NCBI GenBank assembly: GCA_036785375.1
Contig: JAWMAR010000030.1
Location: 2,480,001 to 2,544,000, forward strand
DNA: 64,000 nucleotides
Origin: Leucoraja ocellata
Taxonomy: Eukaryota
Reading direction: 5' to 3'
In this document: piece by piece, positions 1-13,882 of the stretch
Layout: each line of letters opens with the position of its first letter
Position numbering within the stretch: the first letter of the stretch is position 1
The notes under the pieces: generated by a model
The model's input: only the letters and a program-made list of their open reading frames with translations
The model's database searches: none
What the model was told of the DNA's origin: nothing
Position numbers and translations under genes: made by a program

Positions 1-165
1 GCTCTCACTCGGCACTCGGGCTCCTCTTCTACCTTTTTCCTTTCTTCCCCCCTCCCCCCACCCTACATCACTCTGAAGAAGGGTTTTGGCCCGAAACGTT
101 GCCTATTTCCTTCGCTCTTTAGATGCTGCTGCACCGCTGAGTTTCTCTAGCACTTTTGTCTACCT
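1..165 (+). mobile_element. Penelope-like element 3' terminus with hammerhead-like core
   Basis: Pyrimidine-rich tract, then CTGAAGAAGGGTTTTGGCCCGAAACGTT (73-100) and the family arm gatgctgctgcaccgctgagtttct. Confidence 0.65.
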
Positions 166-475
166 GGCTGGACTCCCATTCTCGGGTCTGAAGAAGAGTC
201 CCGTCCTAAAACATTACCAGTCTATTTTCTCCAGCCTGACCCGCTAAGTTACTCCAGCATTTTGTGTCCATCTTTGGTATAAACCAACATCTGCAGTTAT
301 TATAGTCGGGTCTCCGAGCATTGATTGCAATACTTACATAGTTGTAGAGTTCATGGTAATCTTTCTTTCATCGCCATTCCACGTTGAGATTGGCCAAATT
401 AACAGAGCTCCAGCTAAAGGAGAAATAACCCTGCACCTTGTCACTAAAGTATTAATATCTTCCTTTCCTTTGCAG

Positions 476-592
476 AAATTTGAAGACTACCTTTTTGGTG
501 AAGTGGAGCTGAACACGGTCCATATCTCCCAGAGGTTCTCAGCTGACAGTTCTGGCTTTTATTCTTCTTCAGGATCCATCAACTTTTCTTAA
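476..592 (+). CDS. ASCC1: Last coding exon of ASC-1 complex subunit 1 (C-terminus of 2H phosphoesterase domain)
   Basis: Polypyrimidine tract and acceptor tcctttcctttgcAG at 474-475, then KFEDYLFGEVELNTVHISQRFSADSSGFYSSSGSINFS*. This resembles the recalled human ASCC1 C-terminus (..FENFYFGSLKLNSIHISQRFTVDSFGNYASCGQIDFS*), including the HIS motif. Confidence 0.92.
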   Translation, partial: KFEDYLFGEVELNTVHISQRFSADSSGFYSSSGSINFS

Positions 593-1292
593 AGAGTGTG
601 GAATTGTTGAGCCCTGACTGACAAGATATGTGCAGAATCACATTGCACCCCCATCTCCACCCAAAATATAACGACAATAGATACGTCTGCTCAACTTGGA
701 AACCACCGCAGAATAGACTCGAGTGATGCTTAATTGCAAATGAACCAGTGTTTCAATTTGATCCCCTTTTAACCCCCTTTTTCAGAAGCAATGATTGAAT
801 TGTTATGACTTCTTAGCCTTGGGATGAGATGCTGACGTTGTGCAATGGAGTACTCTTGCATGTGACAGAATCAGGTGCTCCCAGGTCATAGGCAACAGAG
901 TCAGATGGTTGGTAGAGATCCCTGTTCTTGACTTCAGCATTGGTCCTCCGCAGGATATGTCCTATTGTTCCATCTGGCAATTTTCCATCCCCTTGCCAAT
1001 CATCGTGTGCTGTCTCGGGCAGATTGCCATATTTGTGCTGACATGTGTCACCACAGACCTGCTCGCTCATACACCTTTTGTAGATGAACCATGAGGCCAG
1101 CAGGCAGAGGAGATATCCATGGTCACTCCAGCCCTAGAAGCGAGAGGCCAGCTTGCTGACATTCTGCTCCACCTTGCCCTCTGATTGCGGTGAATGGTCT
1201 CAGTCTGTCAAACATTCACAGGGAATATTTGGTTGCAACATGTTGCGGTAAGTTAATAGTGGAACAGAGCAGATGTGCTTTATCATGTAACG

Positions 1293-1298
1293 AATAAA
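1293..1298 (+). terminator. Candidate ASCC1 polyadenylation signal
   Basis: First AATAAA I found after the ASCC1 stop codon, with a T/GT-rich stretch at about 1352-1380. Confidence 0.4.
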
Positions 1299-2817
1299 TC
1301 ATCACACGCAGCCAAAGCCTGACGTGCCCAGCAATTCCCTGCAGAATATAGTCTGTTTGGATTGTTTTTTTCTTTCCTTGCCTTACAACAGGCACAGTTG
1401 AAAATCTAGGGTAAAATGCAGGAAGTAGCCATTTGATAAATGCAGCATTATGCAGCCCTGGAGGCTATTCATCGCACCAGGCTCTGATTGCTCATTGGTG
1501 AGCTGTTAATTAATCTCATTCCTTGGCTCTTTTCCTAAATCTCTGTAAATATTTTCCCTTGAAATATTTATCTTGTTCTGCGTTGAATGTTGCTATTGGA
1601 TTTGCCCTTTAGACACTGTATTCTAGTTCACAATAACAAGCAAAACCTATAAAGGTTGCTTGTGGCTTTTATTTATTTTACCTCTTGCCTTCGGTTACTG
1701 ACAGTTAGCTGTTGCTCTGTCAAAGCTATCTATGATTTTAAGCACTTTTGCTCCAGGTTTTCCAGTCTCCTACCTATGTTAGGCATCTTATGAATATATA
1801 GTGCGCAGGAAGAAACTACAGATGCTGGTTTACATCAAGAATAGACACCGAAAGCTGGAGTAAGTCAGCAGGTAGGGCAGCATCTCTGGAGAAAAGGAAT
1901 AGGTGACGTTTTGTGTTGAGTCCCTTCTTCAGACTCAAATATATCTATATATATATAGAGAGAGAGGTATAAATATGTGTGTGTGTGTGTATATAGATAT
2001 ATACGGATTGAATATATAGATGCAATTGTGTATGGAGAAAACAGAAGTAATTAAATGGTGAGTATTTTTCAACCAGCAAGTCTACACAAAATGTAGACAC
2101 AACCAAAATGTCTATACATGGAAACATAGAAAATAGGTGCAAGAGTAGGCCATTCGGCCCTTCGAGCCTGCACTGCCATTCAATATGATCATGGCTGATC
2201 ATCGAACTCAGTATCCACTATTTAACTATTTAAGTTATCTAAGCACCGTTACCCCAACTAACCTCACTCCTCCCACCCCACCAAAGATCCCATTTGCCAG
2301 GACTACACAATGCATAGTACTAACAATAAGATCTATAATTGTAATGGAAACGCAATGGAGATTGCAAATGTTGGAATCTGGAGCAAAAAAATAACTGCTG
2401 GTGATCTCAGCAGGTCAAGCAGGATCTGTGGAGGCAAAAGGATAGCCGATGTTTTGTGATGTGATCCTGCATCACCATTGAGCATGAAGGGTAGGTGTAA
2501 AGAGGTGAGAGGGAGGGGCTGGCTCACCTTTCCTATAAACCTTTGAGCACCTTGTGGGTGTATGTTAAGGAAATTAATGTGCCAGCATCTTAAACATTAA
2601 ATCAAATTTCTGAGAAGCTGAAAGCTTTTTGCCCTTTTGTGTAAACCAGCATCTGCCGAACCTTGTTTCTACAAGCTGAAAAAAACTCCCAGTTTTTCTA
2701 CATTGGGTTAGAATTTATTCACCATGGAGAATTTGTTAAAACATCCCTTTCTAGACCAACAGGCTTAATTTCTTTTAACTGGACCATCCAATGGTAAGAA
2801 AATAATCGATGTTCAGT

Positions 2818-3095
2818 GTGGCACAGTAGAGCAATGGTAGAGTTGCTGCCTTACAGCAGGGACGTGGGTTCAATCCTGACATTGGGTGCTGTCTGTATGG
2901 AGTTTCTGCATTCTCCCTGTGACCTGCGTGGGTTTTCTCTGGGTGCTCCGGTTTCCAAAGACGTGTAAGTTTATTGGCTTCTGTAAATTGCCCCCCCTTG
3001 CCTGTAGGATAGAACTAGTGTGCGGGTGATCATTGGTCGGCATGGATTTGACGGGCCGAAGGGCCTGTTTTCACTGTATTTTTAAACGAAACTAA
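2818..3095 (+). mobile_element. V-SINE (HE1-like)
   Basis: tRNA-like head with GGTTCAATCC B-box, V-domain (ttctccctgtgacctgcgtgggttttctc) and a gggccgaagggcctgttt tail. Confidence 0.75.
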
Positions 3096-3631
3096 AATTA
3101 AAAATCCTTCTGCAATAAAATGAAAAAGCTCAACATGTGAAATGGAATTTGTGGAGAAAGAAACAAGGGTTAATGCAGCAGGCTGGGAACCCCTTGTCAG
3201 AACTGATAACTATTGGAGAAGCAGAGAATAGGTTTTAAGAAATTCAAGAAGTGGTCATGAGGGAGGAAAGTACAAAGAGCAGCCTTTGTGGAAAGAAAGA
3301 GATTTCATGACAAAAGGCCTGATGCTTCAAGGCCAAAGAGAGGTGTATTGAAACACGTCTTAAACAGCAAGAACACTATTACCAGCAGCTCAATTCTAAA
3401 AAAGTGAGAACTGTGCTTTAATCTGAAAGTGCTGAATGCATTCTCAAGTGAGGAGTTTAATCAAAAGATGATGCTGTGTATTATGACTTTTTATTGAGCC
3501 TGATTGGAACAGTAGGTATTCAGTGACGAAGGGGGATAGAAAATTAAAATGGTAAATGATCAGAAGCTTGGGGACAAACTGAATAGGGGAGTTCAACAAA
3601 CTAATTACCGGAGGAGGATGAAGGGCGATGT

Positions 3632-3980
3632 TTAAGGTCATGAGAGGAGTAAATAGGGTAAATGCACAGATTTACCCAGAGTAGGGGGAATCAAAAACCA
3701 GAGGACGCTGGTTTAAGTTAAGGAGGGAAAGATTGAACAGGAACCTGAGGAGCAACATTTTTTACACAAAGGGTGGGAGTTAAATGGAATGAGCTGCTGG
3801 AGGAGGAAGTTGAGGCAGGTACTATCACAATGTTTAAAAAAAAAAACATTTGGAGAGGTGCGTGGATAAAACAGGTTTGGAGGGATATGGGCCAAATGCA
3901 GTTAGGTGGGGCTAGTGTAGATGTGACATGTGGGCAAGTTGGACTGAAGGGCCTGTGTCCATGCTGTACTATGCTATGAC
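3632..3980 (+). mobile_element. CR1/HER1-like LINE 3' fragment
   Basis: Decayed ORF2 C-terminus and 3'UTR (gaagggcctgtgtccatgctgtac..ctatgac). Confidence 0.65.
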
Positions 3981-6498
3981 GACTTTCACAATGTGAGCAG
4001 TTAATGCACTAAGTTAGTGCAGATAAATTGCTGTATGATGGGGAATTGAAATGGCTGAGGTGGCCCCAATAAGTTGTCCTTGCTCTCTGTCTGGTTCTTT
4101 GGCGATGTAGATGGGTGCATCCCACAATAGCCTGCAGTTGCATTTCATGTAGTTGGAATCATGGAAATTACACCAAGGAAATTATACCTCAAAAAAACTT
4201 GGTTCTTTGATCATTGCAAAAATGGCAGAAAAGTGCCAGAGGGAGTGTGCAATAAAGAGCCATGTGCCCATGGATATTACTGTAATGGCACATTGCTCAC
4301 AAGCTCATCGGTGGACACTGGACGTGTTCATTTTGCAATTACTATCCATGCTGCAATTCTTCACTTTGTCTTTAAATACTTTTTCCTATCTCTGGCTTCC
4401 TATCGTTCACTATCAATCATATAAATCTTGCCACTGGCGACATCTGAAACCCACTCCCTTAACCCCTCCACCTCACTACCACTCCTCATTTAAGACCTTC
4501 CCTAAAATCCCATTGTGGTCTCTTCTTGATGTATGGTTCTCGAGCATGCAAGACCAAGCAGGTAGATGGATGAGTGCATTATTAAGGGAGTACCCCAGCA
4601 TCAGATATGCTGTCCTTCAGAGTAGATGCTTAACCCTGATCCTACCTGTTCCCTGAGGATGCAAAAATTCCAAGAGACTATTTCAAAGTGCACGGATGTT
4701 ACTCCCAGATTCCTGACAGATATTCATCCGTCAACTAATAACAAAATGCAAGCTGCTGTTAGTGGGAATTTGAAGTGTGAAAATTATTTGACACATTTCG
4801 CGATCCGAAACATCACCTTATCTAGGGATGTTGCCTGACCCACTGAGGTACTCCAGCACTTTGTGTCCCTTTTGTCCATTTAACCAGCATCTGCGGTTCT
4901 TTGCTTCTACCTTGTTTTGGTGCTGTTCCTCGGAAGTGTCTTGGGAGGAACAATTATGTTGAAGCTGCTGTACAAATCAGTTTGATGTTGGTTTTTTGGG
5001 ATTGAGGCAAGTTTGAGGGCCAGAGACCAAGTTGGGAATCGCAAGTACATGGCTCATTCTGGTATGTGGCATTCTTTATCTTGAGAGCTCCAGTGTCTAA
5101 TTGCTTGGCGACAATGTGTGCCTTAATGATGCATTTGAATTGCAAAACTCCACCAAGAGTTGGCTCTGCAATGGTGCATCTGGTGCCAGGTGCTGTGAAA
5201 CCACAAAGAACTGCAGATGCCCGTTAATGCACAAAAGGGCACAAAGTGCTGGAGTACCTCAGTGGGTCTGGCAGCATCCCTGTGGAGAACATGGATAAGG
5301 TGATGTTTCTTCAAAAGCCTGACGCCAAGAAGAGATGGGAATTTAAGGAAGGTCTTAAATGAGTCGTAGTGAGGTGGCTGGGATTAGGGAGTGAAGGGCT
5401 GGGGATGGTTTTGCAGCACCAGGCACCAGATGTACAGAGAGTCGGCTGAGCCCATGCCATCTTGTTGAACAATACAGTCATTTTCATCCCTCTGGCTCTT
5501 TCCCTGTCGCACTTCAAACCATTCTTCTTTCTGCCTTCCTAATTGTTGCAAACCGATCAATCCGTGTCTGCTCACCTTACATGCAGGGATTGAAGATACT
5601 ATATCCACTCTCCTTGGACAGATTTACCTTTGCTTCTTGCTTTGGTTTTTTGTCCTTCCCTTGCTCTTGAGCCTTCCATTAACAGGAGCGGCGTATACCC
5701 ATCGACATTGAGCTTTCCGATTTTCATCCACATACCTATTTATCTGGGTCTCCTCGCCCTTGGCGTACCTCACCTATCCACCCCCCTACCTGTTTCCATC
5801 TGCCCGTTATCCCTTCCTTATCAGCTTCCACCCATCACCCACCAGCCTCTATTCCCTTCCCCTTCCTCTCCCCTGCCTGGCTCCATCTGTTCATTTTTTC
5901 CTTTGTTTCCATCTACCATCAGCTTCTGTCTCAACACTCTCTGCCACAAATCTGGTTCCACCTGCCGCCAACCAGCCTGTGCCTCACCCCTCCCGCTCAC
6001 TTCTACACCACAGCTACATTCCCTCAACACTCCCAGTCCTGATGCAGGCTCTTGACTTGAAACAGCATCACCCCTTTGCATCCACAGATATTTCTGACCT
6101 GCTGAGTTCTTCCTGCAGTTTATTTTATTTTTTTCTCCCTCTGTGTTTTAACTCAACCAGTATTAATCTTGTATAACCCTCCCATCCTTCTTTGAACACA
6201 GCAGAACTGTCCTGGCTGCTACATTTTAATCTTCTCCCTAACATCCTGCATCCTTGGAACCCTTCCAGTGAATATTTGCTGTACCTTCTCTAGAATCGCT
6301 GTATGCTTCCTACAGTTAAGGGACTACAATTGGCTGCAATCTGACAGTTGTGGCCTTTCTAGAAAAGATCGGGAGTGACAATTATTTTTTTTCAGCGGAT
6401 AAGGTAATCTTTGAAGTGATGTATAGTCTTTCTGCTGACTGGTTAGCGTGCAACAAAAGCTTTTCACTGTACATGTGACAATAAACTAAACTCACCTC

Positions 6499-6700
6499 AA
6501 GGTGTACAAAAATGCTGGAGAAACTCAGCGAGTAAGGCAGCATCTATGGAGAGAAGGAATAGGCGACGTTTCGGGAAAAGAGTCTCGACCCGAAACGTCA
6601 CCTATTCCTTCTCTCTGTAGATGTCGCCTCAACCGCTGAGTTTCTCCAGCATTTTTGTACACCTTTGATTTTTCCAGCATCTGCAGTGCTTTCTTAAACA
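6499..6700. mobile_element. Penelope-derived fold-back hairpin element
   Basis: Inverted arms aaggtgtacaaaaatgctggagaaactcagc.. and ..gctgagtttctccagcatttttgtacacctt, joined within the hammerhead-like stem II region. Confidence 0.7.
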
Positions 6701-7574
6701 TCAACCCATTTGTTAATCGGTGAAGTTACTACAACTGGTTCTGTTCCTGCCACTTCACTGACAAATGCTGGCCTACCCCCTTCCCCATAGCATGCAGGGA
6801 AGTAAGAGCTGCATTTTAATGTGTTCAACCCCAAGGGCGGAAAATTAAAACTCGGCAAATTGACAGTGTGTCAGGAAGCTGGCTCCTACGCACCGACTTC
6901 TGGATTTAATTCCAGTGTTCAGCAGTGTGTGAACCTCTGGAGGGACGGCTTGCCAGTTTCAATATTGCTATTCTGTCAGTCGCAAGGATATTAAGTTTTT
7001 TTTATAGTTTAGTGGAGTGTTCACAATTCGATAAGTCTCCAGGAACTCACCAGTGGAGAGCAAGATGAGAACATGGCCGGAACTGAGGACGCAAAGGCGA
7101 TACAAGCAAACGTGTGAATGGAGTGCTGACATCTGCCATCTACCAACCTCTGTGAAAGCCTCTGTCGTGGTCCTTGTGCTGAGCAGTTAATGTGCGTCTA
7201 CTGGATCTGCACAAGGGAGCTTTAATCATATTGAATATAACCATGCCATACTGCAGACCTTTCCCCTCTGCAGCCCTTTATCAATCTTTTCCCTGCTTCC
7301 ACATTCACTCCTGCCCTTCCTCCGTTCACTTCTTGCACTGGACAGTGCTTTGGCCATTTTTATTCCCATCGCCCATTTGGACTGAGATGTCCAGTGGTAT
7401 CAGCTGCTCGCTGACTTTAGCTCCACGTGAGAGGAGCACTTGGGAAGTCACATCTGGCCTGCAGCATCTCTGCTTCATGGAGATATCAGGCCACCAGTGT
7501 GGGGGAAGGCTCAGGATGTCAAGGCATTTGCAGCCTGTTGGAATGAGATCTGCTATCAAGTTGCTCTGGTAGAA

Positions 7575-7931
7575 TAAGATTGTTAAGGGCTTGGACACAC
7601 TAGAGGCAGGAAACATGTTCCCGGTGTTGGGGGAGTCCAGAACCAGGGGCCACAGTTTAAGAATAAGGAGTAAGCCATTTGGAACGGAGACGAAACACTT
7701 TTTCTCACAGAGAGTGGTGAGTCTGTGGAATTCTCTTGCCTCAGAGGGCGGTGGAGGCCGATTCTCTGGATGCTTTCAAGAGAGAGATAGATAGGGCTCT
7801 TAAAAATTGCGGAGTCGGGGGATATGGGGAGAAGGCAGGAACGGGGTACTGATGGGGATGATCAGCCAAAGGCGGTGCTGGCTTGAAGGGCCAAAAGGCC
7901 TACTCCTGCACCTATTGTCTATTGTCTATTG
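7575..7931 (+). mobile_element. CR1-like LINE 3' end
   Basis: Translates as LEAGNMFPVLGESRTRGHSLRI..FFSQRVVSLWNSL and ends in a (ctattgt)n tail. Confidence 0.8.
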
Positions 7932-8304
7932 AAACTCAGCGGGACAGGCAGCATATCCCACTGAGTTACTCCAGCTTTTAGTGTCTATCTTTGGTTTAAA
8001 CCAGCATCTGCAGTTCCTTCCTACACATTTTGTCGGCTCTGGTAGACAGGGTTTACCAGCGGCTATAAATATCACCAGGTTATAATTTGTTCTGCCAGAA
8101 CTCAAGGCTCACAGAGCAACAAATACTGAACACTTAAAAACTGAACTAGCACCTCACACAAAATGTTCCAAACACTGCACAAGCAATGACATAAGGTGCT
8201 ACATGAAATTACCAAATATTATATGATGGAAATGGTACACAGTTCTATAAACAGATTTGACATCTGTAGTCTCTACCTCACGCAGATTTAAACTTTAATT
8301 GTAG

Positions 8305-8582
8305 GTTAGATGTACAGCGTGGAAATAGGCCCTTCAGCCCATTGAGTCCTTGCCGACCAATGATCACTGTACACTAGTTTTATCCTACACACTAGGGACA
8401 ATTTCTAGAAGCCAATTGACCTATAAATTTGCGCATCTGTGGAGTGTCGGAGGAAATCTGAGCACCCGGAGAAAACCTACGCAGTCACAGGGAGAATGTA
8501 CAAACTCCATACAGGCAGCACCTGTAGACAGGATCAAACCCGGGACTCTGGCGCTGTAAGGCAGCAACTCTGCCACTGTGCT
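8305..8582 (-). mobile_element. V-SINE
   Basis: Reverse complement of the SINE head, V-domain and tail. Confidence 0.7.
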
Positions 8583-9728
8583 GTCCTGTAGTCTATGACA
8601 TACAATGACACATAACTCTCCCTGAGTTAGTGGAGAGAGGGAAGCAGAGCTAGCATTACAAGTCCATGGCCATTCATCAGATGTCATCTGACCTGTTGGG
8701 AATTTCCAGCATTTTCTGTTTTATTTCACACGTGTGGCATCTGAATTATTTTTGCTTGCATCAACTCACTGAAAATGTGTTGATAACATTTGTCAGAACC
8801 CAACCTGTCAGGCCCTGATATCATTGAAAACTGCATGTGTGGTTGAGAATGGTGAAGATGGGCAGGACAGTTGGAGACAGCTACGACTTGGGCAGTCAAC
8901 GCACAGGGCAGATACAAGAACATACATTCAAGGACCAGGATACTGCTGGAGTGACAGATGTCTGGCAGGGGCTTCAGCTGCACCCTGTGTGCTTGGCCCT
9001 GGCACAATTGTTGGTGAAGGTAAGAATTTGAAGGGATGGGAAGTGGCTTTTTGCACATGTTGTGGGAAGAACCTGCAATGTTATGGCCTGATGTAACCAA
9101 CCTGTTCTAATCTCTCCTTGTTCATGGAATTGTTTAAAGAAATTAGGTTCCTCCGGCACGTCCAGTTTCTTAACCCCGTACAGTGTTGCTCAGAATATGT
9201 AAAAAATTGCAGAAATGACCCATATCATAGATATCTGCAGTAGCCGGCTCTGCCAATCAATAAGGTCATGTCTGGACTGTGCCTCATCTACTTTCCTGGC
9301 TGATCGTAATATTCCCAATGCATCCACAGTGGTCTGCAACACAAGGTTTACAATCCTCTTGTGGGAAGAAAATTATCCTCGTCTCAGTCCTAAATGGCCA
9401 ACCGTTCTATGCCAAGACTCTGGGCACCGAGCAACTGAATCAACCTCTCGGCATTAACTCTGTCTTCCACACTCACCATTCCAGTTCCTGCCTCCACCAT
9501 CTGCTCAGCATCTCTTGTGATGAATGAGTCATCGGGTGACAACCCAACCTCCTTGTCTGTGCCCAACCAAAGAACATGCTTGGTGCCTCTCTTGAAAGGA
9601 ACTTGAAAGAACCATTTGGACTTTTATGAGCCATTTCACTCGTTAATGGTTGGAATTAACTAGTGAAATGGCTCCGACACAAATATGATACGATCCATAT
9701 CTCCTAACCTCCGTTTTTCTAATTCAAT

Positions 9729-10018
9729 AGTTTAGTTTAGAGATACAGCGTAGAAACAGGCCCTTTGACCCACTGAGTCCACACCTACCAGCGATCCCCG
9801 TACGCAAGCATTATCCCACACACTAGGAACAATTTACAATTTTACAGAAGCCATGTAACCTACAAACCTGGAGTGTGGGTGAAAAGTGGAGCACCCGGAG
9901 AAAACACACATGGTCACGGGGAGAACGTACAAACTCCATACAGACAGCAACCATAGTCAGGATCTATGTACAGTGGCGCTGTAAGGCAGCAACTCGACCA
10001 CTGCGCCACTGTGCTGCC
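9729..10018 (-). mobile_element. V-SINE
   Basis: (gttta)n tail, V-domain and tRNA-like head on the minus strand. Confidence 0.75.
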
Positions 10019-10626
10019 CTAGCGTATATAGGGTATAGTGTAACCGTATCCCTAGATAATAAGGATCATAGTATTGCATTTATATTAACATATACCCCTG
10101 TTACATCCTCCATGAATGAAGGACACAGTCTCTCCAAAGTTCATGATTCTAGAACGATCTTGCAGAACTGCCTAAAATATTGTCTTCATTACCACTGTAG
10201 AGTCAACATCAATTAATTCCTTGCAGTATTTAACTACTTGTGCATAATAAACTCTGCTGAAAATCTCTATCAAGGCCATTGGAGCCAATGATTGCCTGGA
10301 GCTGCCTCCATATCCACAGCCGTTGTAAAGCAAGTCCCTTTCCAGCACTCCGCTAGTCTTTTCAGTTTGATGTTTACCGGAATCAATTATTAAGATTTAA
10401 ATTATAAGAGAATATTGGCAGGAAGGGGGGGGAAACTAAAAAGATTGTGCCTGAAGTAATTTGAAGTATTCTCTGCGCTGCACCAAAGGATGACAGCCAC
10501 AAGCAGAAATATTATGTTCCACTTAAAACAACATAATTATTATGCATCTCCTTGGCCTGGTGAATGGCAGTGAGGTCATTGGTTTAGGTACACGACCCAT
10601 GGGAGTAGGTTACTAATAGAGCACAT

Positions 10627-11240
10627 TTTGGCCCATTGGCCTTCATCAGTCAGAGTATTGAGTATAGAAGTTGGGAGGTCATGCTGCAGTTGTATCAGAC
10701 GTTGGTGAGACCACATTTAGAGCATTGTGTTCAGTTCTGGGCACCATGTTATAGGAAAGATATTGTCAAGCTTTAAAAGGTTCAGAGAAGATTTATGAGG
10801 ATGTTGCCAGGACTAAAGGGTCTGAGCTATAGGGAGAGGTTGAGTAGGCTGGGTCTTTATTCCTTGGAGCACAGGACGATGAGGGAGGAACAACTTGGGT
10901 AGATGCACAGAGTCTCTTGCCCAGAGTAGAGGAATCGAGGATCAGAGGACAGAGGTTCAAGGTGAAGGGGAAAAAGATTTAATAGGAATCTGAGGGGTAG
11001 CTTTTTCACACAAAGGGTTGTGGGTCTATGGAACAAGCTGCCAGAGGAGGTAGTTGAGGCAGGGACTATTCCAACGTTTAAGAAACTGTTAGACAGGTAC
11101 ATGGATAGGACAGGTTTGGAGGGATTTGGACCAAACACAGGCAGGTGAGACTAGTGTAGCTGGGACATGTTGGCCGTCGTGGGCAAGTTGGGCTGAAGGG
11201 CCTGTTTCCACACTGTATCACTCTATAACGCTATGACTGA
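10627..11240 (+). mobile_element. CR1/HER1-like LINE 3' fragment
   Basis: Decayed LVRPHLEHCVQFWAP region through to a 3'UTR shared with the SINE tail. Confidence 0.8.
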
Positions 11241-12851
11241 GAGCTCCACACTATGACAGGGTCACACTTCAAGTGAGGCATTCAATTCTTTAGAAAATGA
11301 TGAATCAATTTCCACCCCTACAACCCTGGATTTTGTTACAGAGACAGATCCTGATTGTCTTACTGTCAGAGTGAGGCCCAAATACACTTGGAGGAACAGC
11401 ACCTCATACTGCTCGGGCAGCTTACAACCCAGCAGTATGAATATTGATTTATCTAATCATATCTCTAGTCATAAGGTCATAAATATTAGGAGCCGAATTA
11501 GGCCATTCGGCCCATCAAGTCTACTCCACCATTCAATCATGACTAATCTATCTCCCTCCTAACCCTAATCTCATGCCTTCTTCCCATAACCTCTGGCACC
11601 CGTGCTAATCTGGAATCTATCTGTCCCTGCTTTAAAAATATCCATGAACTTGCTCCACAGCCTTCCTCTCTCTCAGCCTGAAGAAGGGTCTTGACATCCA
11701 TTCCTTCTCTCCAGCGATGCTCCCACTGAGTTACTCCAGCGTTTTGTGTCTATCTCATGTCAGTGCCAGCCGTTACCTGCCGTTTCTCCGTATCCTTGTA
11801 CACTGTAGGCAAGCACAAAACTTTCCAAACTTTCTGAAACCTCACGATTCTACTTGCACATGTCCCAAGGTGCTTCATAGGAGTGTTAATTAGGCAAACC
11901 TTGGCACTGAGCCATCTGTTGTCATTTGGCTTTTACAAGCAAAGTTAATTGCAACTTTTGTTCTGTAAAAGGACCAACCCCATGGCAATAGGCACAAGGT
12001 AGTTGATCTGCTCTGCATGGATCAGTCTGTCTAATATCACTGACATTGACAAAGTGCTTGTGTCGAACGTAAATTGGATTATATATTTGTTTCCAGGGCT
12101 CTACAGGAGAGACCTCAATTAAAGATTACTCTCTAACAGTACAACCCTGTCTAGTGTGGGAGCTGCGGATTTCAGGATATGAGATGCTCAGATGGAAGAA
12201 AGAGCTCAATAAACAGACAGAAAAGAATTAAGGCAACGAGAAGAAGTATTGGAAGGATTTGAGGAACATTTAATTGATAAATCTGAAAAGCTGGAACTTC
12301 ATCACATTTACAAAGAACATTTTATCGAATCTTAGAAATGTACTGCACAGATACAGGCCCATTCAGCCCGATGAAAGGGTCTTGACCCGAAACGTCACCT
12401 ATTCCCTTTCTCCAGCGATGTTGCTTGACCCATTGAGTTACTCCAGCTTTATATGTCCATCTTTGGTTTATACCAGCAACTGCAGTTCCTCCCCACTCAT
12501 TCAGCCCACTTCATCCATGCTGACTGATGCCTGCCCCATAGCAGAAGCCTCCTCACCGTGTGGGCTAGAAACTGGAAGTATCCCGAGCTAATTCTGCTCC
12601 CTCCATCATCTACTGCAACAAGTGATGGCTCCCACTGATTGCCGCCGGAACCCTGTGTCCTTTCCAGGACGGACGATGACAGCGATGTGAACATTTGAAA
12701 CATTGGAAGATGGACACAAAAGAAGAAGACTGATGCCGATCTATTGTAAACCCATCTTCCACAAATTAGGCTCATACCTCTCTGCACATTTCATCTCAAA
12801 GTGTCTGCTTCCACTCCCATCTTTGGCAGCTTCTTGCACGTTACCACCTTA

Positions 12852-13368
12852 AGGGCCTGTCCCACTTTCACGACTTAATTCTTTCATCTTCAAATCCATT
12901 GTTAAAACGCATTTGTACTCCCTGGCTTTTGACCATGCCTGAGGCTTTGCTTCTGTTTGTGGTGTTTTTGATGTTTCTTTATTTTACATGTCTTTTCCTA
13001 CTATTTCTTTTGATTGTTATTTTTGGTGTGTATTAACTTTTTTGTCAATGATTAGTGATGTACAGCACTTTGTTGCAGCTATGTTTGTTTTTAAAGTGCT
13101 CTATAAATAAAATTATTATTAAAATTATTATTATCCCGACCATTTTTTTACTCGTGGACATTTTTTATAGGGCTGGAAAAGACGTCCCGACTTACCTGAT
13201 GCCCCGAGTACCTACGGCTGGCACAACGAGCCGCTACGATACATCTACGAACTCCTACGACCACCTGCGGACTTGTTACGAACATTTTGCGAGTTTGAAT
13301 CAAGAGAGAATCTCGGGACAAAAACTCGGGAGTATTTGTGAATAACTCGTGTAAGTGGGACAGGCCCT
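12852..13368. mobile_element. MITE (probably PIF/Harbinger-type) with a nested LINE 3' tail
   Basis: TIRs AGGGCCTGTCCCACTT(t)CACGA and TCGTG(t)AAGTGGGACAGGCCCT, flanked by TTA and TGA. About 12881-13133 is an L2-like 3' end with an AATAAA(ATT)n tail. Confidence 0.7.
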
Positions 13369-13689
13369 TGACTCTGTGTGAGAAACTTGCTCCTTAGCTC
13401 CTCTTCAATTTTCGCAATTCTCACATTAAACCTGCTCCCTCAACTTCAAAACTCCCCTGCTCTGGAGAAAAAAATCTGGCTCTCCATACTATGTATGCTC
13501 CTCTATAAGGCCACACTGCAGCCTCCTATGTTCCTGTAAGAACAAAACCAGCTAATCCAATTTCTCCTAATAACCACAGTGCCCCATTACAAGGTGAGTC
13601 TCTTCTGCACTATTGCTTCAATATCCTTTATCTTGGGGGCCAGAACTGTACACAACACTCCAAGTGCAGTCCAAGCAACGTTTTGTGCA

Positions 13690-13882
13690 TGTGGTAGGAA
13701 AGAACTGCAGATGCTGGTTTAAACCGAAGACAGACACAAAAATGCTCGAGTAACTCAGTGGGGCAGGCAACATCTCTGGATAGAACAAGTCTGAAGAAGG
13801 GTCTCGACCTGAAAAGCCACCCATTCCTTCTATCCCGAGATGCCGCCTGTCCCGCTGAGTTACTCCAGCATTTTGTGTCTGT
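13690..13882. mobile_element. Penelope-derived hairpin element
   Basis: Inverted arms, with CTGAAGAAGGGTCTCGACCTGAAA at 13791. Confidence 0.7.

Noticed and set aside
353-475. N-terminal part of ORF 353-592
   Set aside because: Intronic. Homology starts after the acceptor at 475.
4153-4656. 167-aa ORF
   Set aside because: Non-ATG start, no domain, and partly old repeat-like sequence.
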